Of a DNA stretch of 64,000 bases, positions 48,766 through 58,564 are shown piece by piece. The translations under genes and the position numbers were made by a program. The stretch's first letter is position 1. Each line of letters opens with the position of its first letter. The stretch is from positions 74,898-138,897 of the forward strand of contig CAJPOP010000002.1 in assembly GCA_905372305.1 (NCBI GenBank), given 5' to 3'. Below the pieces are notes generated by a model. The model was not told the origin of the DNA and did not search any database. It saw nothing but the letters and a program-made list of their open reading frames with translations. Source of the stretch: Candidatus Saccharimonadota bacterium (GTDB taxonomy: Bacteria; Patescibacteriota; Saccharimonadia; Saccharimonadales; Saccharimonadaceae).

Positions 48766-49650
48766 CTATCTATAAAATTTAATTACATTATTCTCTGCAG
48801 ACGCGTCTTCAATAGCTCTATCCATCACCGCCCGAAAATACTTCTGCCTTGATTTAATCTGATCTCTACTAGGAATCAAGCCATCGCCAAAATCGCTGTT
48901 TTTAAATCCCGACCAAATTGCAACGTAATCTCCCCGATCACTGCACCAGCGAGCCCGCCTATTCGCTTCTTCAGCGTTTTGCTGGCTTGATTTTATATCA
49001 ATTCCTAACGTCACGCCGCGATATGTCACGATAATATCCTTACCATCAAACTCCTCCTCAGCGCTAGCCCCGTCAATTCCATAGACTTCAGGCAGAGAAC
49101 TTAACACGCTCTCGGCAGCAATTTCATGGCGCATACCATTAATAGCAATTCCCGCAGTATTCTCGGCATAAGCAATCTCCTCTTTACTGTATCCAGCATA
49201 TAGTAAAGTTCCGCCGACAAAGCGCTTTATTTGAGACATGGTAGTATATTGCTCAGTGTCAATCATTTCACGTACCGTCTTATTAAACGCTACCACTGGC
49301 TCAAGGGTTTTTATTCTTTCCCTTCGCGTCATCTTGCCCCTATGCTTATCTAGTTTCTGCTGAGCTTTTAGCCAATCAGGAATAATTGCCATCAGCTCTA
49401 GTTGGCGCATTTCATCACTTTTCGTTGCCTCATATCGAGCACCTTTCTGTTCTTTAACTCTATCGACAATCTTCGGCGCAGCACTCAATGCAGCTCCCAC
49501 CAATGCCGCCCTTCCAGCTTTCCGCCTGTCTAGGGTTGACGCTTCTTTCAAAAATTCCTTTGTCCGAGTGATCGCTTTAATGATTTCACCCGGTGATCTC
49601 TGTATTCTCTGTGTTATCAGCCTACTACGGCTACATGACTCATGACTCAT
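48766..49650 (-). CDS. Hypothetical protein with C-terminal PD-(D/E)xK-like motif
   Basis: HE...EFDGKDIIV...GIDIKSS. Confidence 0.55.
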   Translation of the reverse strand: MSHESCSRSRLITQRIQRSPGEIIKAITRTKEFLKEASTLDRRKAGRAALVGAALSAAPKIVDRVKEQKGARYEATKSDEMRQLELMAIIPDWLKAQQKLDKHRGKMTRRERIKTLEPVVAFNKTVREMIDTEQYTTMSQIKRFVGGTLLYAGYSKEEIAYAENTAGIAINGMRHEIAAESVLSSLPEVYGIDGASAEEEFDGKDIIVTYRGVTLGIDIKSSQQNAEEANRRARWCSDRGDYVAIWSGFKNSDFGDGLIPSRDQIKSRQKYFRAVMDRAIEDASAENNVIKFYR

Positions 49651-49657
49651 GACTCAT
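49634..49657. repeat. Heptamer tandem repeat (CATGACT)x3 plus CAT over the start codon
   Basis: Directly visible: catgact catgact catgact cat. Confidence 0.8.
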
Positions 49658-49721
49658 ATACTAGCATAAATCCAACAAAATAGCAAATTTAAACTCTTCT
49701 TCACTCTGCTATAATATCCCC

Positions 49722-51011
49722 ATGCAACTATTCAAATCTCTCTTAGAAAAAATCCTCGGTTCTTACGTTAAGAAATATCTTAAATCTCACCCCAACGTTA
49801 AGCTCATTGCTGTAGTTGGCAGCGTCGGTAAAACTAGCGTTAAGTCAGCGACCGCCACTGTTTTGGCAGAAAAGTTCAATGTCCGCCACAGCCGCGGCAA
49901 TTTGAACACTACCTTAAGCGCGCCTCTAGAAATCCTTGGCATCGACGGACCAAAAAATGCCAAATCCCCCCTAGCCTGGCTGAAGGTCTTTGCAGATGCC
50001 CGCGCCAGCATTCATACCCCAGACGCTCCCGATATTATCATCCAAGAATGCGGCATCGACCGCCCGGGCGAAATGTCAATATTCACCAAGTATATGCAGC
50101 CTGATATTGCCATTATTACCTCTGTTGCGCCGGAGCATATGAAGTTTTTTAAAACAATGGACGCGGTAGCGCGTGAAGAGTTGTCTATCAGCCAGGCGGC
50201 TGAAAAAACCATATTCAACCTTCACGACATTGATAAAAAATATCATTCTCTCATCGCCGGAAATCGCATTAGTTATGGCGATCAAATTGCCGATGTTTTC
50301 CTAAAAATCAAAAAGTTTACCGGCAGCGGCTATGCAGCGAATTTGCAATTTTCTGGAAAAACGTCCCGCACGACTACTATCTCCATGCTGGGCGAGCATA
50401 ATATTCGCTCCATCACCGGCGCGGCGGCAGCGGGACTGGCCTGCGGCATGGATATTGAAGAGGTGGCAGCATCCCTGGAGAAAATCCAACCTGTCTCTGG
50501 CAGAATGAATATTTTACACGGTATACGGGACTGTATACTACTAGATGACACATATAACGCCAGCCCTATCGCCATGGAACATTCCCTGAAAACCCTCTAT
50601 TCCCTGGAAGCTAAGCATAAAATAGCGGTTTTAGGCGATATGAACGAACTCGGCGATATATCCGAAGCAGAGCATAAAAAAATCGGCAAACTTTGTACCC
50701 CTAAACAGTTAGACCTGCTCATCACCGTCGGCAATCTGTCAAGAACCTACCTGGCACCAACCGCCGAAAAAAACGGCTGTAAAGCTATATCTTTCCAATC
50801 AGCCCCAGAAGCTGGCGAATTCTTAAAAAACAGCGATATTAAAGACGCAACCATCCTTTTCAAAGGCTCGCAGGGCGGTATCTACCTTGAGGAAGCCATC
50901 AAGCCACTCCTCAAAAACCCCGCCGACAGCCAAAGACTCGTCCGCCAATCATCAAATTGGCAGCGAATTAAAGCGAAATTTTACGATTCTCTTAACCAAT
51001 CTAGGCAATAA
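49722..51011 (+). CDS. murF: UDP-N-acetylmuramoyl-tripeptide--D-Ala-D-Ala ligase
   Basis: VGSVGKTS, GNLN, ECGIDRPGE, DDTYNASP, VLGDMNELG and FKGSQ. Confidence 0.92.
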   Translation: MQLFKSLLEKILGSYVKKYLKSHPNVKLIAVVGSVGKTSVKSATATVLAEKFNVRHSRGNLNTTLSAPLEILGIDGPKNAKSPLAWLKVFADARASIHTPDAPDIIIQECGIDRPGEMSIFTKYMQPDIAIITSVAPEHMKFFKTMDAVAREELSISQAAEKTIFNLHDIDKKYHSLIAGNRISYGDQIADVFLKIKKFTGSGYAANLQFSGKTSRTTTISMLGEHNIRSITGAAAAGLACGMDIEEVAASLEKIQPVSGRMNILHGIRDCILLDDTYNASPIAMEHSLKTLYSLEAKHKIAVLGDMNELGDISEAEHKKIGKLCTPKQLDLLITVGNLSRTYLAPTAEKNGCKAISFQSAPEAGEFLKNSDIKDATILFKGSQGGIYLEEAIKPLLKNPADSQRLVRQSSNWQRIKAKFYDSLNQSRQ

Positions 51012-52284
51012 TCTCGCTCACCACCGCCTTATCATTCCACGGAATCCGCTTGCCATTAACAATTCGGTACTGCTCATGGCCCATACCGGTGATCAAAACC
51101 GTGTCGCCGCGCGCTGCCGTCTGCAAAGCCTGGCTAATCGCCTGCTTCCGGTCGGCCACTTCCGTCATTTTATGAAATTTTTTCGTCTTCTCAATCCCTT
51201 GGCGCACCATCGCCCGAATCTTATCCGGATCTTCATTATAACTTTCCTCATCTGTCAGGAAAATCCTGTCCGCCAAGTTAGCCGCTAATTCTCCCATGAT
51301 CGGCCGCTTCGATTGATCGCGATCGCCGCACGCCCCAAACACCAGGATTAGCCGTCCCTTAGTAATCTTTTGCGTGGTCTTTAACAATTTTTCCAGCGCA
51401 TCCGGCGTGTGTGCATAATCCACGATAATATCAATTCCGAGTTTATTATCCACCCGTTCAAACCGTCCCGGAATCACCTCCAAGTTCGCTACGCCCTCCT
51501 GAATATCCTCCAGCTTAATCCCCAACAGATACGCTAGCGACACCGCCGCCGACATATTCATCACGTTAAATTCGCCCGGCAGATTTGTCGCCAGCTCCAG
51601 ATGAGTTTGATGGTCAATCAGCAAACTCGCCTCCGTCCCCTTCTTATACAATTTGACGTGCGTGATGTGCGCCTCGGCCTCTGGACTCATACCGTAGGTC
51701 ATTTTTTGCTCGCGCGCCGTAAACTGATTAAAATAATCAAACCACGCATCATCGCGGTTCAGCACGATATATTTTGGCTTTTTCTCAAATAATTTCGCCT
51801 TGGCTGCCGCGTATTGCTTCATCGTCTTATGGTAATCCAAATGATCTTGCGTCAAATTTGTCATCACCGCCGCCTCAATCGGCACACCGTCAAACTTATG
51901 CTGGCATAAAGCGTGGCTGGTCGCCTCTAAAATCACATATTCCGCGCCTTTACGCCGCGCTGCCCGGAAAAAACGAAACAGCTTCGCTACCGTCGGCACC
52001 GTTGCATTCAAATCGTTCAGTTTTTCCTGGCCAGCAATTTCAATCACCGCTGTTGTAAACAACGCTGTCTTAAAGCCAGCCTCTTTCAAAATCTCATTAA
52101 TATAACAAGCAGTCGTCGTTTTACCGTTCGTCCCGGTCACCGCAATGATCCTCAAGCCGCGAGCCGGATTGCCATACCGCAGACTAACCATCTTCGTGCG
52201 AGTAATCCTGTAGGCATTCTCCGTATTTTTCAAAGCCCCCTTCGGTAATGTTTTCCTCGCAATTTTTACCAACTTGTTCTTCAT
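51001..52284 (-). CDS. murE: UDP-N-acetylmuramoyl-dipeptide--amino acid ligase
   Basis: VTGTNGKTTT, LEATSHAL, TNLTQDHLDYH, DYAHTPDAL, GACGDRD and GMGHE. Confidence 0.93.
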   Translation of the reverse strand: MKNKLVKIARKTLPKGALKNTENAYRITRTKMVSLRYGNPARGLRIIAVTGTNGKTTTACYINEILKEAGFKTALFTTAVIEIAGQEKLNDLNATVPTVAKLFRFFRAARRKGAEYVILEATSHALCQHKFDGVPIEAAVMTNLTQDHLDYHKTMKQYAAAKAKLFEKKPKYIVLNRDDAWFDYFNQFTAREQKMTYGMSPEAEAHITHVKLYKKGTEASLLIDHQTHLELATNLPGEFNVMNMSAAVSLAYLLGIKLEDIQEGVANLEVIPGRFERVDNKLGIDIIVDYAHTPDALEKLLKTTQKITKGRLILVFGACGDRDQSKRPIMGELAANLADRIFLTDEESYNEDPDKIRAMVRQGIEKTKKFHKMTEVADRKQAISQALQTAARGDTVLITGMGHEQYRIVNGKRIPWNDKAVVSEIIA

Positions 52285-52324
52285 ATCCCTATTTTACCAC
52301 TTATATTTGCTATAATAAAAGCAA

Positions 52325-53569
52325 ATGAGGATTTTGGGAATCGAGTCCAGCTGCGATGAAACAGCGGCGGCGGTCGTTGAAGACGGCGAACGCTTGCTTT
52401 CTAATGTGGTCAATTCCCAGATCGACATCCACGCCGAATACGGCGGCGTCATCCCGGAAATCGCTGCCCGCAGCCACCTGGAAGTTATCAACCCGGTCAT
52501 TAAAAAAGCTTTGTCTGATGCTGATTGCACCTGGGACGATATCGACGCCATCGCCGTCACCTACGCGCCCGGCCTGATCGGCTCGCTACTCATCGGCACC
52601 CTCGCCGCCCGCACCCTCGCCATCATTCACGATAAGCCACTTTACAAGATACACCACGTCGAGGCTCATGTGTACGCTAATTTCATCACCGAACAGAGAA
52701 AGAGAGGCTCAAAACATGACAAATTGCTGGAATTAACAACATCTGCACAAACCCGAGAGGCGAGCTTGTCAGATTCCTTGCGAGACGAGGACTGTTTGAG
52801 CAAAGCGAGTCCCGCAGTCGCCAAAGAATCTGACGAGAAAGCATCTCGGCGTGCGGAAGCCGTTGTTAATTCCAGCAATTTGGCGCTGTCTTTACCACAC
52901 CATCAACCCGCCTTCCCTCTCCTGGCGTTAATCGTCTCTGGCGGGCATTCGCAGCTCGTCCTGTTCCAGAACCACGGCGACTATCAGCTCATCGGCCAAA
53001 CCCAAGACGATGCCGTCGGCGAGGCGTTCGACAAGGTTGCCAAAATCATTGGCCTGCCCTACCCTGGCGGCCCGGCCATCGCCAAAGCAGCCGAACTCGG
53101 TGATCCTCGCGCCTTTCACTTGCCCATCGCCAAGCTCACTGGCAAGTACGATTTTTCCTTCTCCGGCCTCAAGACAGCCGTTCTGAGGACCGTTCAGCGC
53201 GAGGTGGGTAAAGACTTCACTTTTCCGTCGCACGAGCTTCCTGCTCTAGTAACCGACGAACTACGGCATAATATGGCAGCCAGTTTCCAGTACACCGCCG
53301 TTAAAACCCTGGTCGATAAGACTAAGAAAGCTTACGACAATTTCCAGCCTGCCTCCGTCGTCATCGCCGGCGGGGTCGCCGCCAACCAAGAATTACGCCG
53401 CCAATTGCGCCGAGCCTTGCCAATCGACATCGAATATGCACCGATCCAGCTCTGCACCGACAATGCCGCCATGATCGCTGCGCTCGGCTATTTCCGCGCC
53501 CAAATCGACCAGCCCACCGACCCGTACGACCTGGAAGTCCAGCCAAGTTTATCAATGACAGCAATCTAA
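52325..53569 (+). CDS. tsaD: tRNA N6-threonylcarbamoyltransferase TsaD with an internal insertion
   Basis: LGIESSCDET, GGVIPEIAAR, HHVEAH, VSGGH, DDAVGEAFDK, FSFSGLK, GGVAAN and DNAAMI; about 55-60 extra aa after HVYANF. Confidence 0.95.
   Translation: MRILGIESSCDETAAAVVEDGERLLSNVVNSQIDIHAEYGGVIPEIAARSHLEVINPVIKKALSDADCTWDDIDAIAVTYAPGLIGSLLIGTLAARTLAIIHDKPLYKIHHVEAHVYANFITEQRKRGSKHDKLLELTTSAQTREASLSDSLRDEDCLSKASPAVAKESDEKASRRAEAVVNSSNLALSLPHHQPAFPLLALIVSGGHSQLVLFQNHGDYQLIGQTQDDAVGEAFDKVAKIIGLPYPGGPAIAKAAELGDPRAFHLPIAKLTGKYDFSFSGLKTAVLRTVQREVGKDFTFPSHELPALVTDELRHNMAASFQYTAVKTLVDKTKKAYDNFQPASVVIAGGVAANQELRRQLRRALPIDIEYAPIQLCTDNAAMIAALGYFRAQIDQPTDPYDLEVQPSLSMTAI
52720..52882. repeat. Palindromic element inserted in tsaD
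   Basis: Perfect 21-bp terminal inverted repeat CAAATTGCTGGAATTAACAAC / GTTGTTAATTCCAGCAATTTG plus nested internal stems. Confidence 0.85.
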
Positions 53570-53587
53570 CGTTGTGAGGATTACAAC

Positions 53588-54511
53588 ATGAACCAACATT
53601 TTTTACAATCAACCGCCTGGCAAGCCTTTCAAGAATCGCTCGGGCGCACCACCTTTCGCGATAGCGGCCCGGGTTGGGAATACTTGGCCATTTTAGAGCG
53701 CAGCACCGGCAATTCCCGCCTGTACTGCCCGTATGGCCCGACTGCCGATGACGAACATTCACTGGCAGCAGCCCTTAATTCCTTAACTCAACTTGGTAAA
53801 GAACACCGCGTTACCTTCCTGCGCGCTGAGCCAACCAACCGCGCGTTTACCGCCTATCTGCAAACTCACGGCTGGAAAAAGGTTACCTACCAAAAGCTCC
53901 AGCCCGAGCATTCGCACGTCATCGACCTGACCCAACCGCAAGACCAGCTGATCGCCCATATGGCACAGCCAGTTCGTAATGTGTACCGCAATTATCATAA
54001 AAAAGGCGTTTCTGTCCACCGCTCGACCAACCCGCATGACATTGATATCTTACTGAAATTTGTCCACCAGGTCGCCCGGCAGCGCGGCATTACGCCGCAT
54101 CCTGATAACTATTTCCGCCAGCAAGCCGCCACCCTCTTCCCGCTCGGCGCAGCCACACTGTACTACGCCACGCTTGATGATCAGCCCATCGCCGCCGCCT
54201 TGTTTTATCACAGCAGCGACACGCTATATTACGCCCACGCTGGCGCCTCATCAGACCCAGCTCACCGCAAGCTCAACGCTGGCACTGCCCTGCTGGCCGA
54301 GGCGATCATTGACGCTCAGCAGCGCGGATTAACCAAAGCTGACCTCTACGGCATCGCCCCCGACGGTGCCGACAAGAATCACCCGTGGGCTGGCTTCACC
54401 AAGTTCAAACGCTCATTTGGCGGGCACGACGTTACTTTTGCCGGTGCTTGGGATTTGCCATTACAGCGCAGCCGCTACTGGCTGTACCGCGCCTACCAAA
54501 CGCTGCGTTAA
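53588..54511 (+). CDS. FemAB/FemX-family peptidoglycan bridge aminoacyltransferase
   Basis: HFLQSTAW, LYCPYGP, VIDL, YYAHAGAS, DLYGI and GFTKFKRSFGG. Confidence 0.9.
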   Translation: MNQHFLQSTAWQAFQESLGRTTFRDSGPGWEYLAILERSTGNSRLYCPYGPTADDEHSLAAALNSLTQLGKEHRVTFLRAEPTNRAFTAYLQTHGWKKVTYQKLQPEHSHVIDLTQPQDQLIAHMAQPVRNVYRNYHKKGVSVHRSTNPHDIDILLKFVHQVARQRGITPHPDNYFRQQAATLFPLGAATLYYATLDDQPIAAALFYHSSDTLYYAHAGASSDPAHRKLNAGTALLAEAIIDAQQRGLTKADLYGIAPDGADKNHPWAGFTKFKRSFGGHDVTFAGAWDLPLQRSRYWLYRAYQTLR

Positions 54512-54618
54512 AGCACCCCAGCCAGACATCATCCGCGGTTTTGCCGCCCCTTTTTCTGTGGTATAATTGGCTTGGTAATATAACCGCGTGGAGAGATCGT
54601 TTACGCCTATTGTCTGAG

Positions 54619-55006
54619 TTTTCACGTGAAAAATCTTGACGGTAGCGATGCTCGCTTTTCACGTGAAAAGTAGGAATTATTCATGCAACTAGCCAAACAA
54701 TACATCCCAAACGATTACGAACCAAACATTTACGCCATGTGGGAAACCAGCGGCGCATTAGAGCCGACCAGTGTCGGTAAACCGTATTCCATTGTCATGC
54801 CGCCGCCCAACGCTAATGGCAACTTGCACATTGGCCATGCCCTGGACATGAATTTGAAGGATATTATGATCCGCTATCACCGCATGAAAGGCGATGATGC
54901 GGTATTTATTCCTGGGGCAGATCATGCCGGCTTTGAGACCTGGGTAGTCTACGAAAAAGAACTAGCAAAACGGGGAAAAAGCCGTTTTGACTTTTCACGT
55001 GAACAA
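54619..55006. promoter_or_regulatory. Three TTTTCACGTGAA(A/C)A palindromes (parS-like) at the valS 5' end
   Basis: 54619-54632, 54655-54670 (perfect 16-bp CTTTTCACGTGAAAAG) and 54991-55006; core matches parS TGTTTCACGTGAAACA. Confidence 0.5.
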
Positions 55007-57238
55007 CTGTACGACCAGGTTTGGCAATTTGTGGAAGAAAAACGCGGCAACATGGAGTTGCAGCTGCGAGCTCTAGGCGTCAGCGCCTCTTGGCAGCATT
55101 TGACCTTTACACTGGACGATAAAGTCATCGCTACGGTGTATGAGACCTTCAAAAAGATGTGGGATGACGGGCTAGTTTACCGCGGCGAGCGGATTGTTAA
55201 TTATTGCACCAAACACCAAACCAGCTTCGCCGACATTGAAGTTGAGCATAAAAATGAAAAGGGAAAGTTGTGGCAAATTGCTTACCCGACGCTGGATAAA
55301 ATCGGCGAGATCGTAGTCGCCACCACGCGGCCAGAAACCATGCTGGGCGACGTGGCGGTAGCCGTCCACCCGGACGATGAGCGCTATAAACACCTCATCG
55401 GTACGCGAATTTTATTGCCAATCACCGACGAGGAAATTCCGATTATCGCCGACGAGTACGTCGATATGGACTATGGCACTGGCGCAGTGAAAATTACACC
55501 GGCGCACGACCCGAACGACTTCGAGATGGCCCAGCGCCACCATTTGCCGCTCAAACAGATCATCAGCCAAGAGGGTACGATGGTCAACGTACCGCCACAA
55601 TTCCTAGGCCTGACGCCGGCAGAAGCCCGCACTCGCGTGTTGGCGGCCTTGGAATCGTTGGAGCTGCGCCGCGGCGAAACAGACATTGAACATGCCGTCG
55701 GACATTGTTACAAATGCGGCAGCGTCATCGAGCCGATGGTTAAAGAGCAGTGGTTTATTAAAATGCAGCCGTTGGCTCAGCCAGCCATCGAAGCCTTAGA
55801 GAGGGAAGAGATTACCTTTTATCCAGCCGCCAAGCGCAAAGAGCTCGTCGCTTATCTCAAGCAACTCAAAGATTGGAATATCTCCCGGCAAATCCCGTGG
55901 GGCATCCCGATTCCAGCATTCGTCAATGAAAGCGACCCGCGCGATTGGATATTCAACATCCGCACTGACGAACGAAAGATAGTTGTAAATGGTACAACAT
56001 ATATCAGAGAAGAGGACACCTTTGATACTTGGTTCTCATCTGGACAGTGGCCATACATCGTTACCGATTACCTAAACGGCGGGGAATTAGCCAAGTACTT
56101 CCCAACCAGCCTGATGGAAACTGGCATGGACATTATGCGGGCATGGGTAGCGCGCATGATTATGCTCAGCCTGTACCGCACCGGTAAACTACCATTCAAA
56201 GATGTTTACCTACACGGCATGGTCAATGATGAGCACAATCAAAAAATGTCCAAATCCAAGGGTAATGTCATCAACCCAATGGAGCTAGTCTCAGAATTTG
56301 GCTCAGATGCCACCCGCATGGGTATCATCGCCGGTCGCGCACCAGCCCAGCATCAAGCCTTCAACAAGGGCGCCGTCATCGCTGCTCGTAATTTCTGTAA
56401 TAAGCTATGGAATATCGCTCGTTTCGTCGAGGCGCAAATCGGCGATGAACACCAAATCGTTGACCTGGAGCCGCAAACCCCAGCCGACCACTGGATCATC
56501 CGCCAGCTGAATGACGCCGCCAACAATGTCGCCGTCCGTCTGGAGCAGTACCGCTTTTCTGAAGCTGCAGACACGGTTTATCACGCTATTTGGGACGACC
56601 TAGCTGATTGGTACATCGAATCGTCGAAAACCGCTATCAATCGCCCATTACTGTCATGGGCGCTGGCGACCAGCTTGAAAATCGCTCATCCATTCGCGCC
56701 ATTCGTCACCGAGACGATTTGGCAGACGCTTAATTACACCGACGGCATTTTAATGCGCGACCACTGGCCAACCCCAGAAAAGTTCGACCCTATCGCTGCC
56801 GAGCAGTTTGAGCAGCTGAAAACGCTGGTCACCGAAGGCCGCTGGGTAATCGCTGAACTGCCGGGCAACAAAAAATACCGCTTGTTATACGGTAATGACA
56901 GTTTAATTGATGAAAATCAGGACACCGTTAAGCATTTAATGCGCCTCAGCTCGATCAAACATACTGACCAGCCAAAAGGATTGCGGCTGGCTGTCGCCAA
57001 TCGAGAAGCTTGGTTAGATATTGATAGCGAAACGCTATACCAGCATCAGGAGAATCTGGAAGTACGCCTAGCAGAAGCCCGCCAAAAGAAAACCGGCTTA
57101 CAAAAACGGCTCGACAACCCGACATACCTTGAAAAAGCGCCGGCTTACTTGGTTGAAGAAACCCGCCAACAATTGGCCGAACAAGAGCAAATTATCGCGC
57201 GGCTGGTCGCTGAACTGAAAGTGATTACCGTAAAATAG
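54683..57238 (+). CDS. valS: Valine--tRNA ligase
   Basis: PPPNANGNLHIGH, ATTRPET, GTGAVKITPAHD, DWNISRQ, DTWFSS, KMSKS and a C-terminal coiled coil. Confidence 0.98.
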   Translation: MQLAKQYIPNDYEPNIYAMWETSGALEPTSVGKPYSIVMPPPNANGNLHIGHALDMNLKDIMIRYHRMKGDDAVFIPGADHAGFETWVVYEKELAKRGKSRFDFSREQLYDQVWQFVEEKRGNMELQLRALGVSASWQHLTFTLDDKVIATVYETFKKMWDDGLVYRGERIVNYCTKHQTSFADIEVEHKNEKGKLWQIAYPTLDKIGEIVVATTRPETMLGDVAVAVHPDDERYKHLIGTRILLPITDEEIPIIADEYVDMDYGTGAVKITPAHDPNDFEMAQRHHLPLKQIISQEGTMVNVPPQFLGLTPAEARTRVLAALESLELRRGETDIEHAVGHCYKCGSVIEPMVKEQWFIKMQPLAQPAIEALEREEITFYPAAKRKELVAYLKQLKDWNISRQIPWGIPIPAFVNESDPRDWIFNIRTDERKIVVNGTTYIREEDTFDTWFSSGQWPYIVTDYLNGGELAKYFPTSLMETGMDIMRAWVARMIMLSLYRTGKLPFKDVYLHGMVNDEHNQKMSKSKGNVINPMELVSEFGSDATRMGIIAGRAPAQHQAFNKGAVIAARNFCNKLWNIARFVEAQIGDEHQIVDLEPQTPADHWIIRQLNDAANNVAVRLEQYRFSEAADTVYHAIWDDLADWYIESSKTAINRPLLSWALATSLKIAHPFAPFVTETIWQTLNYTDGILMRDHWPTPEKFDPIAAEQFEQLKTLVTEGRWVIAELPGNKKYRLLYGNDSLIDENQDTVKHLMRLSSIKHTDQPKGLRLAVANREAWLDIDSETLYQHQENLEVRLAEARQKKTGLQKRLDNPTYLEKAPAYLVEETRQQLAEQEQIIARLVAELKVITVK

Positions 57239-57318
57239 GCGGGGTAGATATAAGCCAGGCCTCAATCAGCAAGCTAGACAAAAAATCGCCAGCCTAAAAT
57301 CATACATAATCCGCACCC

Positions 57319-57660
57319 CTAAGCCGCATCGCCAACAATCAGCCGATAACCATCAAACGTGTGCTGGCCGCGCGCAGCGTATTTTTGGCGTAATCGCTTA
57401 CGGTCATTATCCCGCGGCGTCGTCCGAGGCTGCGATGAACCGTTCTTTAAAATATGAGACACCTGCGCATGCTCTGGATGGGTATGCGGATTAGTTTCCG
57501 GCATTTTCGCCTCATCCGCATCCGATTTATCATAATAAACATATTCCCAAGACGCCGTAAACGCCTTATCCATGCTCGTGTCATGCAACAATACGCCAAT
57601 TGCCGTATGGACGCTAACCAGCATGGTCGCTATGGTAATTAACTGTTGTGCTATATTCAT
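57319..57660 (-). CDS. Small hypothetical protein (hydrophobic N-terminus, PHTHPEH motif)
   Basis: AGGA RBS before MNIAQQ; TTGACA...TAATAT promoter upstream. Confidence 0.6.
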   Translation of the reverse strand: MNIAQQLITIATMLVSVHTAIGVLLHDTSMDKAFTASWEYVYYDKSDADEAKMPETNPHTHPEHAQVSHILKNGSSQPRTTPRDNDRKRLRQKYAARGQHTFDGYRLIVGDAA

Positions 57661-57805
57661 TTTATTTTCCTGTTTTGTATCTGTTTTATGAAATACTGGT
57701 CTTAATATTAGCACAAGCTTTGTTTTTTGTCAAGTATATTTTCCTAAATATCATACACTCGCCAAACTAAAATAACCCCGGCTCTTTAGCCGCGGCTATC
57801 TTCTC

Positions 57806-57895
57806 TGGCGGAAGGGGAGGGATTCGAACCCTCGGTACGTTTTACCGCACGCCGGTTTTCAAGACCGGTACCTTCAACCACTCGGTCACCCTTCC
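57806..57895 (-). tRNA. tRNA-Ser(TGA)
   Basis: CCGGT-CTTGAAA-ACCGG anticodon arm, long variable arm, GTTCGAATC and CCA end. Confidence 0.95.
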
Positions 57896-57918
57896 AACAT
57901 CAACATCAGTTCAAAATC

Positions 57919-58011
57919 TGGCGGAGGAGGGGAGATTCGAACTCCCGCTACAGATCTCTCCGTACTAACGATTTAGCAAACCGTCCCCTTCAGCCACTTG
58001 GGTACTCCTCC
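57919..58011 (-). tRNA. tRNA-Ser(GCT)
   Basis: ACGGT-TTGCTAA-ATCGT anticodon arm, long variable arm and CCA end. Confidence 0.95.
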
Positions 58012-58113
58012 AGATCTACAGATAGAGTGTATCATATATCTGCCGTAATTCATAGCTTTACCGGCAAATTTTCGATTGACGCTGCCATATAAAGACGATA
58101 TAATAGTCTTATC

Positions 58114-58527
58114 ATGATGAAGCAAGGTTTTTTGGGAGTAGTTGCGGGTGTTTTGGCGCTTGGTTTGGGTGTGACGGTCGCCACAGCGCCAGTTTCGGCT
58201 ATCGGCGAGGGTGGCGCGCCAGCTGGCGTCAATGCAGCGCGCGGCGATAACATGCCAGCAAATTTGGCTAATGGCGATACCTCAATCATCCGCCGCGGCA
58301 TTAACCTGATGCTATACGGCGCCGGCGTCCTCAGCGTGGTCATGCTGATTTGGGGCGGTGTCCGCTACGTCGTTTCCAGTGGTAAAAAAGACTCGGTAAC
58401 CGCCGCCAAAAACACCATTGTTTACGCTATTATCGGGTTATTAATTTCCATTTTCGCCTATGCTATCATCAACTTTGTTCTGATGACCGCAATCGGCGGT
58501 AGTGGCGGACCGACCACTAACGTATAA
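58114..58527 (+). CDS. VirB2/TrbC-like (T4SS-type) pilin
   Basis: Signal peptide plus INLMLYGAGVLSVVMLIWGGVRYVVSSG...AKNTIVYAIIGLLI. Confidence 0.85.
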   Translation: MMKQGFLGVVAGVLALGLGVTVATAPVSAIGEGGAPAGVNAARGDNMPANLANGDTSIIRRGINLMLYGAGVLSVVMLIWGGVRYVVSSGKKDSVTAAKNTIVYAIIGLLISIFAYAIINFVLMTAIGGSGGPTTNV

Positions 58528-58564
58528 AATTGCCCGATAAAATCGCTCGTGGTATACTGTAACC

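Noticed and set aside
52690..52900. Intein in TsaD
   Set aside because: Too short, and no C/S...HN-C/S/T splice motifs; the DNA palindrome explains the insertion better.
54570..54682. T-box riboswitch upstream of valS
   Set aside because: No GGTGGNACCGCG T-box sequence or terminator/antiterminator, and the leader is too short.
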